In this document: in pieces, positions 11,268 through 23,600 of the stretch | Layout of the letters: each line of letters opens with the position of its first letter | Position numbering within the stretch: position 1 is the first letter of the stretch | NCBI GenBank assembly: GCA_002633005.1 | Contig: NMRA01000082.1 | Span: 954,133-1,018,132 of the forward strand | DNA from: Phoronis australis | Lineage: Eukaryota > Animalia > Phoronida | DNA: 64,000 nt | Reading direction: 5' to 3' | Notes under the pieces: model-generated | What the model was told of the DNA's origin: nothing | The model's input: the letters and a program-made list of their open reading frames with translations, nothing else | The model's database searches: none | Made by a program: the position numbers and the translations under genes

Positions 11268-14200
11268 CATTTTTTCTTGATTAGGTCATCATATACTTGG
11301 GGTCGCTTCTGCATGTTAGCATCACGTATTGTACTTGTAGACAGTGACCACCGTCCTACTGCGGCCAGTAGAGACTGTGGTCACTGTCTGTGCACGTACC
11401 ATGAGTATGATGGTGTCAGTGTGAACGAATGTGTGTGATATATTCACTGAGTCGAAGTGTTTCAGGTAGAAATTACGCCGATTCAATCGACCTGAGGTCC
11501 GACAAACGCATGCAGATCATAGGCCACGCCTATCAATTGGTTACCGTTGCGAAGTCCCGCCCCCGTGCACTAGCCGGGCCGAAAATTAGGAGTTGCGTTA
11601 CACGGCCGTAGACACAAGAAATTGGCGAATTCAGGATCCTGTGTGCAAAGTTCGCGAGATGATACCGTTGCGCTCAACCTAGGTGAAGCACGAGATCACA
11701 CTGGTTATTCCTGTTGGATCGAGGCCATGCAGATTCATTTTCATCAGGTTTTCACTATAGATGGAACCCGTAAGCAAGATATCCGATATGCCTATCGCTA
11801 TCTGGTGGACCAAAGATGCATGTATTTTAGTTGAGGATTTCAATACGATCCTGTAGAGCTTTCTTTTGATACTACAATTTTATGACGGGTGTGGGCGCAA
11901 GTGTGGCCTCAGATGCCCATTATACGATGCTTTTGAGTTTTTGTCAATTCGGCAGAAACCAAAAACGCCAAGCTGAGCAGTCTTACAATAACCGCTCACT
12001 GCTTCATGGGCGGCACAGCAAGTGGCACAGGAGGCTGGGGGCTATGGCCCGCACACTTAATATTTCAGTGCTGCGCGCCGCCCATGCTGCTTCCTGACGC
12101 TCTAGTGGCAGAGCTTACAGTCAGGACAACGTCCGGATCAGTCGGTGACGAAGGGCACTTATCATATCCGTTTCATGCACCAGCAGCTATGGTGAGTGTT
12201 AGCTGCGAACTCAACTAGGAAAATATCATGCTGAAATGCTGAAATGCAATTAGTTAAAATTAATGAAGTATTTTGCGAGCTTTTGCTAGCAGAGACGTTT
12301 TTCATATGCACTGCATGTCAGTAACTTTGGTCACACCCATCTTCAATTTTCAAATTGAATTAAAATTCGTCGCAGGTCAGTGAAAGTTCAACGCCTTTCG
12401 AAAAGCCCACTACACGAGAGGGGTATCAGCTCAACATTTCAATAGCTTATGAAAACTAGAAAACTGCGTCCCAAATTAGCACTACTACCCATCGTAATTT
12501 TGTCAGGTAATAATTCTTACTTTTTCTCGAACAGTAGTGTGTTATCGGTGCTTTTTTTATTAGATGGCTTTACATTGTGAGCTTGCACCCCTAGTCCTGA
12601 ATGAACTTTCCCTTAACGAAAGCGTAACCATTGCGTAACGCTTTTCATTTTTACGTACCCTCCGTTAAGAGAGCTGCGTGTTTCAATGGCCGTAAAACTG
12701 TAATTTTTTCAAAACACAACTTTTGAAACTGAAATAAAAACTAAATGGTATGAAAATATTCAGGCTTTTCAACGATTTATGCCGTTTTTACAACATGTAA
12801 AACATATTTTTTTGCTTGTAAAATCCTGTCACAGGTGATAGGAGGGTACTTCGGTTTCTCCAAGTCTGGCAGAGTTGTTCTTACTCCACCTAGCGTACCA
12901 CAACAACAGAAACATGGCGTTGACAAGATTCAAAATTACGAGCGGCTGAGTGTAGTGTTAAGTCATATTCGCGATTATCTCCCAGATTGTCTTGATGCGG
13001 GCCCCAGATTTGTTGAACAGGTAAAGTCAAACATAGGGCACTCCTAAGTTTGTAATTTATAAGTCAAGTATGCGATTATTTTATTTAAATGGGAGTAATG
13101 AACTCGATTGACGTTGGAAGCGGTAGAGTCTCTCTCTGTTGAAACACTCGAAGTCGAGGATGAGTCTGATTGTAAACAATTTATTAACAATGTGTGGTCA
13201 TCAACTCCTTATCTCTCCTACCTTACCCCGAGACCATCGCGTCAATGACAATAGCCAATCCTATGTCATTTGCGAAAACAATCCGTTTCGAACAAAAGAA
13301 GGCTTTGGAAATGAGAGTTTGTATAGGAATTTCCAAAGACACCAACTCAGTTGATATGCATCTTGATGATTTTGAAAACCACGGGCAATCAAACACTCTG
13401 AGTCATTCCAATGAAACTGATTCTCAAAAACTGTGTTCCCAAAAGTGATTTGCACATTTATTAACTTCATGTTAATGTGTTTTGCGTGATCAGGAGAATG
13501 TAGTCCGTTGAGGACCCTAAACGGCTTGCGTTATACGACATGTGACTCAAAAAATTAACTTTTGTGCATTTTTTCCATTGGAACATCAGGAACTTGTGTG
13601 CGGGTACTCAAAATCACAGTGGTGACCTTGATGGCATTAAGGGAAATGGCATTAAACCTGTGCTTTCTGTCAGAAAATAGTTTTGAATGAGGTAACTTGT
13701 CGTTGATATTTATAAATATTGTCCTCGCTCAGTTTAGAAGTGATCTCCACGCTTGAAAAGAACTGACAGCTTGTTATTGCCTCAGACCAAGCTGATATTT
13801 TATGAGCTCGGTCTAAAGAAACTACAAACTGTCCAACATGAGTTCTGTTCATGTCCTGCCATCATCTCAACAATTTGACTTTAATTAACGGATCAATTTG
13901 CAATTAATTTTGTTCAGTAAGTAGCTTAAATCTAAACTTTTTTTTCTGCTCAAAGCACTGGTTAACTGCCGTTTTAAGTACAACTTTTGAGGCTGTACAT
14001 TGCAAAGCTCATTGAGGTGTGTAGCAAGGGTCCAGTATCCTAAATATGAACTGCAACTCTATAAGTAACCTTACCTAACAATGCAGGCTAAGATTGCTCA
14101 GGCAATATAAAAAATTTCTGAGGTTAAATTTCTTGTTGAATTGATATCACACAAGCACTTTTTGTAGCCATGAATTTAGGTTAAGTTTCAAAAAAGCTTT

Positions 14201-15287
14201 TTAAGTTAATTTTTTATTAAGAGCCGTAATTTTCAGTTGACTTTGCTTCTTCTCAAAAATTTAATTGCAATTTGAAAGATTTGTTTTCAATTCCAAAATT
14301 TCCTTGGTTTTGGAGGCAGTGGCAGGCATTCTTACCGTCAGCGAAATTTTATTTTCCTACTGGCTAGATATTGAAAATGGAATGCTAACTGTAAATCGCT
14401 CTCGAAATGTTTCTTACTGTGGCAGGATTGTATTTCCATTACCAGTGAGAACATCAAAACCATCCTTCATTCAAGAAAGTGCTTCTTAGTGTATGGTGGT
14501 TACTGTAGCCAACCCTGAAATTGCATTTTCGAAAATGCTACATAAACGTAGTTCCTGTAACATGAGTTACCGCCTCATTCCGTAACAATTCAAGATGGTA
14601 TGAGTGTGGTAATGTTCGCTTCATTCTGTTAAGAGTTCATCACAGACAATGTGCACCAAATTAATGCTTTTACCAATTCCAATTTCTGTTCCCCTGCTGC
14701 CATTGGACAAAACCAAAAAAGGCAACTATTGGTCTCTAAAGTTGGAGATTTTTACCATACTTGAGGGAGGATTGGCTCAGGGGAAACAAAATGCTTTATC
14801 AATAGTCCATCCAAGCCAAGGTTTATCTTGGGAAGTATTGTTATGGCCGCCATGCCTGTTGAGGACTACCCCACCCAGTACTGAAGTTCGGGTCAATGAA
14901 AGTAATAAATAATACAACATTTAACTGGCAATGGCTTAGCACCTATTGTATTTAATGTACACTTTATTGGGGTAGATTGAAAAGTTTCTGAAGCCCATGT
15001 AATAATGTACTTAATCTCCCTTTATTGGGCTAATAGTGTGGTGTAAAACAGTTTCTTTGTCAGTCAACAGGAGGCGACGGTTTTTCCTTAGATTAAATAA
15101 GAGCTCTATTTTTTGCAGAGAAAACCATACAAGGTTGGAGTGGAAATGATGAATGAGAATATTTAAACTTAAAAAGTCGGGCTGCTTTAGATATGACTAA
15201 TTAGCAATATTGCTAGAGTAACCAGAATTTTACAGCGTCTATGATGCACAGAATTTATGTTGATAGTTACTGGTCTGTTGTAGCAGG

Positions 15288-17691
15288 ATGCATACTGGGA
15301 TTCTGTTGTGGATTCTGCTAGCCGTGCAGGTCGCAGCCCAATTTGAGGCTGGAAATGACGTCACATCGGGCGAGTCATGGTCACCTGCTGCGGGCTCCAT
15401 CTTGATCTCTGACGCTAGGCTCACAGCAGGATATGTCCAACAGTTCCAGTTGTACGTGGCTAGCCTAAATCCAGTGAACATTCAGGTGTGGACGTCACTG
15501 GGCGCCAGTTCATATCGACTGAAGTATCAGCAAACTTTGACTCCTACTAGAACTGGTGAATTTACTGTAAGTAGTGGCGTATTTTGTTCACTTACGATTA
15601 ACACTCATGTACATGTATTCACACCTGGTGTGCATCATGTGTGTAATGTGTCACATCATGTTAGGAAAGTTTGAGACATATGTTTGAACTCTCTGTGACA
15701 TGTTTGAAGTCTGTTACATGTTTGAACTCTCTGAGTCATGTTTAAAATGTTTGAGCCATGTTCAAGATGTCTGAGCCACGTCTGAACTGTCTGAGCCACA
15801 TCTGAACTGTCTGAGCCATGTTTAAATGTCTGAGCACTGTTTGAAATGGTAACCATGTTTGACTAGCCTGGGTTTTTCTGCTATACTAGACAAATTGTTA
15901 AAATTGTGGGTTATATAGTGATAGTATAAATTGATATTGTTTTGCAGTAAAATGACATGCTTAGATAGTGAACATTTGTGTAAGGAATGTAGGAACATGA
16001 AAACGTGACGTGAAGTTTGCACCAATGAGGAAAAAGGACACTAGTTTGTGATTTTTGGTTACTTGGCTAATAAAATTGTTCTACCTATGTCAAGATCCAG
16101 TGTCCTAGTGATATTCCAGGAGTGCTTCTGCGGGGTGTGAGATAAACGAGAAAATGCTTGAAAATACTAGTGGAAAAATAAAACACAATTAGAAAATTGA
16201 CTGCACTCATACTGTGGTGGAGCAGACAGCGGCCATTTGTATTAAAGGCATTTTTTGATGATAAACACTCTGCATTTACCCAAATCTGGGAATGCGAGTG
16301 CCAAATATTGACTCCTATTTTCAAGCACACGTACTCCCCTGTGTCAAGCTAGTTGAATCACTCTGTATATGGAAAATTTCTCAAGTTGGCCTGAATGATG
16401 ATGGCTTTGATTTTAAAAGAAACATTTGAAAATTTGCCGAATTTCCACCTTTAAAGAAAGTTGAAAGCAATTTTGTTGCTCAGTTGTATACAGTACTCCA
16501 GTATGTGTATAGTGCAGAACTGAACAATGTTGGTGTTTTTAAATCTCTTTGGTTGCCGTAATTGTCACATTGTTCTTAAGGCATGATAGAATGGGCCGCA
16601 TGCAATTGTCAGTTATTATTAAGACTTGCAATAGGTGTCACTTTTCTAGTATCTGCCCCGATTGTTAGCCTGTGCATGTCTTGATACACCACAAAACATA
16701 AGGTCATTCTTCTTTACTGTTACATTGAACCCTAATCAGCCCCAACACTGTATAAAAATAACCAGTCGTTTTTACCTGCCAAAATCTCAGCTCTCAATTT
16801 CGATGTTCAGCTCACACACAGGTTACAGGTTGCACACCCTTGACAAGTAATGCTGTTTGTTTTTTTGGGTGTTACAATAAAGCTTTCAAGAGTTGATGCC
16901 AAAGTTGTGCTCATGCAGCTAATGTGAGTTGGGCAAATCTCAGCTCGTTAATTTCAATCCCTGATGCTAGTGATTAACTTCTTTTCAGCCATAACTTTAT
17001 AATTAACCAAAACTTTTTCTTCAGGTCTATCCAAGCTCCCCGCTTCAAGTGGACACCAGTGACTACTTGGGTTTCTCCCACAACACTGTGACTTCAGGTC
17101 TGGGGCGACGGCGTGCCACGAGCGGCGTGTCCATCGCCGCACTGATCTACAGTGCAGGGCCCGTAAGCGTCGGTCAGACTTACACACTCTCGGATCATCC
17201 AGACCCCAACTACTTGTACGCCATCAAGGCTGTTGTAGACACTTGTAAGTGGTTACTGTAATTCATTTTTGGCAAAAAAATGCATGAGTGGGAACCCATG
17301 CCCCGCCCAAGAACAATTTGAGGTCAATTTTTTAACAGCGAATGGTCCACAACAGAATTTGTGTTTTGTGGTGGAAGGCGGGTTTATTTCTGGTTGACGT
17401 TCAAACAAGCTGGAGTATGTCAACGCAGTTTTTGAAGAAAGAGAGGAAAGAGCAGGCTTCAGATAGTTTTTGAGAACTGAAATCTGGTTTTGACAACAAA
17501 AATAGCAAAGCACAGGGACTGCTCAATATTAGGAGCAAACTGCATTGTGGTTTTAAAATGTCCAAATAGATGATGCTTGGGATGTTCTTTTGTTGCAGCG
17601 GGGAAAATACCTGCCACAGGAAACCAAGTGACCACTGTACCGCCTTCAGTCAGCGCCCCACAGTCGTTTGTTCCTCAGCCGGATATTGGAG
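15288..17691 (+). CDS. Signal peptide + repeat domain 1 + linker (15288-15566, 17025-17244, 17599-17691)
   Basis: Hydrophobic leader [17 protein letters not shown]|QFEAGN; GN..W..G.V..F.LY..IQVW..Y.L motif; [13 protein letters not shown]. Confidence 0.88.
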
Positions 17692-20600
17692 GTAGGCAAG
17701 TGAAGGGTTGGTGATATATCAAGGCTTGGAATTTTCTGCGGAAACGCGGATTTCCGCTTTTTTCAAATGTTCTGTCCGCGTATTTTATTATATTTCTGCG
17801 TAAAAAAAAATCGGATTTGATATAAAATTTCCGCGGTAAATTCCTTTCTTACCACAGCATTGCCGACGACTTTCACCTCGAAAAGCGGAAGTTGCTCTTT
17901 ATGTTTCGGAGGAACGTAAATTGTCAACATTGCCGAGGCATCTGGGATAGCGTGGTGGGATTTTCAATGGTGTCTCGTGTGATTGTAAACCGCGGTGACA
18001 AATACTACGACTCTGCAGCCAAAAATATGTGGAGGTGGGAGTGGAGGAGTGGATGGACGAGATAAAAATACGCAGACGCATGCTACTGATGGTGGTAACG
18101 TTTTTTTTTATTTTTTAGTCCTTCGGATTTTTGTCGGCGAAAGTTTCACAAGGCTGGGCGGCGCATGTTTTGGGCCGTAAAAGTTTCCGCATTTTTTATC
18201 ATTGGTAATTCCAAGCCCTGATTTATAGACCCAGTCACAGCCGAAGATTATTAAGCGCGTTCAGGCTATCCGGACGATGTAAGTGCCACATGCGGACATG
18301 GTTCCGTCACTTATAAATGCAATTCGTGGACATGAGAAACTCAGCTCACACCAACCGTCAGAAAGACACCTAACTTGCCAATCACAGTAACAGACTCACA
18401 AAACATGCGTTGCCCAATTATTGTGCCTAACCTCACAAACACACGTCATTGGACACCGAGTCAGTGAGATGTGCTTGTGAGTTCAAGCACAGTCAATTTT
18501 TTTGGGTGTGCATAATTAAGCCATGTTTTGTGAGTAAAGCACCGTGTTTGATGCTCGGTTAGTCACGTTTGGCAGGCGGTGAGCAGTGTTTGTGAGTCAG
18601 TAAACTGGGATATCCAGTCCATGTGCTGTGTTTGTGAGTGAAGTTTCTTTGTTCGTATGTGAGGCAGCTTCGTTGTCCGACTAGCCTGGCATTGTAGAAA
18701 TTCCTGGACATTGGTAAACATTGAATACATCAGTCTGTTCGTGTTTGGGTAGTTGATTTTTTAGCTTTTGCCCACTTTATTTATAACTCAAGATTTATGA
18801 GTGCATCACTCACGGTGTAAACTCACATCAAAATTATCTTGGTCAATTTATGGGTTTCAATGATGAATGTTTGTTTTTTCAAGACAGTTTAGTTTATGAG
18901 AACAAACAAATTTAATATGCAGGACTCCCAAAAATACAACTGCATTGCCCTGTCTAGAGTGTCTTAATCATCCTGTTTTCTCAGATTTATTGTTGACAAA
19001 ATCAATTTAATCTTGTTTCAATTTCTTTCAGCAACTTACTATGGAAATCCTAGGTTGTACTATGGACAGCCTTGGACGATCCCTAAATCGTCTTTCGTGA
19101 TACTGGACCGCAGCTTACCAACAGGTGTCGTTAGTAAATTTTACCTCTATGCTGCCGCTCCCAACACTCCTGTTGTGCTGCAGGTAAGTTTGTATGAAAC
19201 GGACTTATTTCTTGAAGGACCTCAAGTCGTTCGTGGAAAAAAGATAAATGTACAATAATTGTTTAATGTAGTCATAACTCTTGTTATTTGCGTATAATGG
19301 TAAAATCTCATCAGTTTCAGACAAAAATAATTATTGCAAAAATTGCACTTTGCTCAATTTTCTAGTTCTATTATCATTGTTTTCAAAACATTTTCTGTTG
19401 GTAGCTATGGTACAGAACTTGAAAGTGACAAACCATTATTTTGGTAACCATAGCGTTCATGAAAAATGAGAAAATACAATTTCACTTATCCACTATAGTG
19501 TGGCCTAAAATGGACAGATTTCATCACATTGAAGAGGGTTTGTTCAAACTTCTTTTGTTTTTTATAAAAACAAAATTAGAATTTGTTCTTCAAATCAAAA
19601 GTTTGACACGTTTTTATTAATTAGCACAGCCGCAGAAACCACTTTCGCATTATATCCAGGTTCTCTTGTTCTCCATTGCATATATTCACTACTTGGAACT
19701 AACCTAGAGGTGTAAGAGACACAGTCTTTCGCCTCGTTTTGGCATCATTTTTCAAACCAAATGGCAAAATTCTTATGTGCGGGTATCTGGGATTGAGCGT
19801 AAGTTGTAAGAACAGAAAAGTGAAAGCGGTTGACATTTTTGGACCTTGTTCATTATGCCTGACCTCCAGTTTGAAGAACAGTGCTGTTTTTTTATTAATT
19901 TTAGTTTAAATTTATAAAAATGGTTCAAAATGATTTTTACAGTTGTATTAAAGTAAAATAAGGAAATCAACCAAAAATGCTTCGGATCATTATGTCCCTT
20001 TTGTTGTCCATGAATGCAGATTAGTGATACATAAATGCAAATTATTGATACTTAAATCTCTACTGGAAAACAAGTTTCTGACTGTCTCTACTTAGTGTGA
20101 TGTCAACAACTTTTGATTGATAGCGCCACCTGTGCGTTGGCAATTATGAGCTGGATGTCTAGCAAATCACCAAATTTGGCATGCCTATTTAGTTATGATT
20201 GACACTGCTCGGGGTGACATTGCCCTTATGTAATAGTAACCCAGTTATTACATTGTTTCAGGTATGGCGTCCAGAGGGAGGAAAGTTTACTTTGGTAGGG
20301 GAGCATGAATTTTCAGCATTTGCCCCTGGACCTTATCAGGTGAGTCATAGGAATGTTATCAAATCTCACCTGTCCTCATTTTGGAACATGAAATTTGGTC
20401 TTCAGAAAAAAACACAAATTATGGGTGGTTGTTCCTGTAAGAAGTGATGCATTAAAAACGGGTGGTATTTTTTGACCTGTTAATGTTGACAGGTTGGTTA
20501 TTTCAGCTGTCAAAACTCAAAAAAAAAAATGCAATTGGCATATTCACCTCTTTCACGAACGCGGGGCGCTGCTGTCGTGTTGATCGAAAACGAGGTGCCT

Positions 20601-23600
20601 TGACAAACATGGCATCGTCTTGCAAGGTGGTGTGGTCAAAAGACTTATCAACGTTACCAAAAATCAAGTTGTCTGATGTTGAATCGATCTTCAAAAAACA
20701 TACCAATACTTACGGCAACTAGACTTTTACCCTCCTCAGCCATTCCTTAGTAGTTTTCCCTCTTTTGAAAAAGTGTGGAAGTCAGGGATATACCCAGGCT
20801 TTTAGTCTTGAAAAACCCTGCTCGCCTGCTGGGCGAGTGCCGGAGCCAGAAAATCTACTCGCCAAGCCCGAAGTTCGGTCACCCGGCCGTTGGCGTCAGT
20901 CACCACAAACTTGCTGCTAATTTAAATAAAAATCATCGTTTCGTGCACTGATGTCACCATCTATTAGGGCTACCGTATTCGCTCTAATAAGCCCTCAGGG
21001 GGACTCTTTTTGTAGCCTACTGCAGTTAAAACCTGGTCTCCGAAATGGGTGAAATCGGAAGCTAGGATTCATCAAATTTACGCGCTGTGACGTATGTGTA
21101 ACCTATGACAGGCTAGCTACAAAACTGTGGTGCATTGCTATCTAACTCTGTTGTTAAATTACGATCTTTTTAAAATTAATGTGCTGAAATCCCAGGGCGA
21201 AAACTTGCCGACTGATGCGTCGCTGCTTCGCGATCGTCGATAGGACAACTTGAATTCTTGAGTAAAAATAGTTTTGACTCAAATTACCTGAAATCCTCCC
21301 AAATAGCCTTTCCTAAAATTCTTAAGTTCCTGTGGACTCGGAGTTGGGATTAACCGCAGATTAAGTCAAAATCTGCGCTAGATCGCACCCCGCAACGAGA
21401 AAAATCTGGACGAACACATATGTTGTTGTCACGTGACGTTTGTGTTGAAGTGAGTCAGCTGGTGTGCACCGAGTGAGCGAGCGCCTGCGTGTCATCAGTG
21501 TTCATTTGCCAGAGTAGCAGGCCCAATGAGCTGTATATGTAGTATATTTATCGCATTGAGCAGGCCCACATGTTATATGTGGGCCCTAGCGCGCGCTTCT
21601 TTGCCAAGTTTCGATTCGCGGTTTTTATAACTTTACGTGTACAAAGCAATCTGGATTCCTGTTATGGGAGAAGATCTGTACGGGAAAGATACAATACCAA
21701 TCCCGTTGACCAGTACGCTGCGTCTGTTCTGAAGGGCCAGAACATATAGTGTGACACTTTCCTCGCAAGATCAGCAAATCTTTTTCGTTCTTTTTGAAGC
21801 CCTGCGAAACGGTTTGAAGTGTACAGCCACGGCTAAATACCGACATAGCGGCGAGACTCGTGGTCTACTAGAAATTCTGCGCACAATGATTTTTCAGGAC
21901 TGTCGGGTATTATTGATAAATTGAATACATTACTGTTGAATTTTAGAACTGTGAGGTATGAGACATTTTCGCACAAATATACACACATTCATGGACTTGG
22001 CGCTTATTTTAGCGAAGTCTGAAAACGAGTGGGGACGCTAATGGGGGCATGGGCGCTTATTAGGACGAATGTTATGAAAATAATTTTGGCTAAAATGACA
22101 TTGTACATTACAATAAGAAATCAGTTCCAAGAAATATGGTATTTCATTTGCTATGAGCACATGGACCGGTCTTCCACCTTTCTCCCCTTTTCTTCGTTTC
22201 GGACTTGTCCACAAATTCTTTGTGTACGACCACACACTCTGTTTTTTTGACGAATTGCGTAACGGGTGACATGTACTAAATCGGTAGGGTCGCACTGCGC
22301 CGATGTTTTTTACTGCCGGAGCATCGACACGATGACCAAACTGAACCTTAAACTCATGATAAAAACAGCTCAAGGAGGAGGAAAATTATTCATATTCATC
22401 TGGGAAACGATATATAGTGCTTTTGCGCTCTGAAATTTGCTCGCCACCGGGCGACCGGCAAGTCAACTTCTACTCGCCCAGCACCATTTTTGCTCGCATT
22501 GGCGACTGAGCGAGTGGCTAAGTATATCCCTGGGAAGGATACCGACGAGTTATTACTGGAATTGGTACGTTCAGGCACTGCACAGTACACCATGGCCAGC
22601 TGATGATCACTCATGAGGGTTTATCATTGTGCCTCATTTTCGATCAGTATTTACAATGCCCTTGTTTCATCATTCCAGACTCTGTTCTAGTTCTCATTGG
22701 GAAATATTTTTCAGATAACTCCAACTTCCACTATCGTCACAAAATCAGGTGACAAGCTGGGCTATACATCCAAGTCAGACATCGCGACTATCGCCCGATT
22801 CTCACCTGGACAGGGACTCGGCAACAACGTTATGACGTACACATACCCTACTTCAACGCTGCCATCTGTAGGCCAGTCGTTTCCGTTCACGGGCTGGAGC
22901 TACAATTATTTGATATCTCTCGGCGTGGCTGTTTTTGCAAGTGAGGACTCTTTTTTACATTGCAGGCTTGTTTTCTTAATTTTTTTTGGTAATGATTTAG
23001 ATGTAATGATGCTAATAAGAGGTTGTTCTACAACCTTTGTGGAACAATATTCTCTGCAAATATACATTTATGTTACTTTGTTCAACAGGCAGTGTCCAGC
23101 CAGAAACTCCGACAACCAGTGCCATTACTACACCAGTGCCATCTGGCGAGTGGAAGCCACCTGCTGGAGGTTTGTGAAACTTAAAATGTTGAATTTCATG
23201 CAGATGGCATGTGTGCATTTCAGTACTTGAACGACAAAGTCTCTAAGCATCATTCACAAGGTTGTAATTATATTAAGTATCCATAATTATATTAAGTATC
23301 CATGGCAACTGTCAACACATAACAAATCACCCAGAGTTTCTTTTACAAATCATGTTTTTGTTACTTTAAGTTCTTGTAATGGATTTTGGTTACCTGTTGT
23401 TAAAACTCCTCTTTTAGCGTGGTACACAAATTTGTTATTCCTGGCCATATTTGCATGCCTGGGTATATGTCCAACCCCTGGTATAATCTTGCCATTTTTT
23501 GTTTTCCCTGTGTGAAGTACATATTCAGTTCGCTTAATTCATGTCGTATCAAATTGACATTGTCACTCGGTTGTGCCTTATCTCTTGGAGTTGTGCTTCC

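Noticed and set aside
13139-13470. Short ORFs in the intergenic region
   Set aside because: No recognisable motif or convincing splice context.
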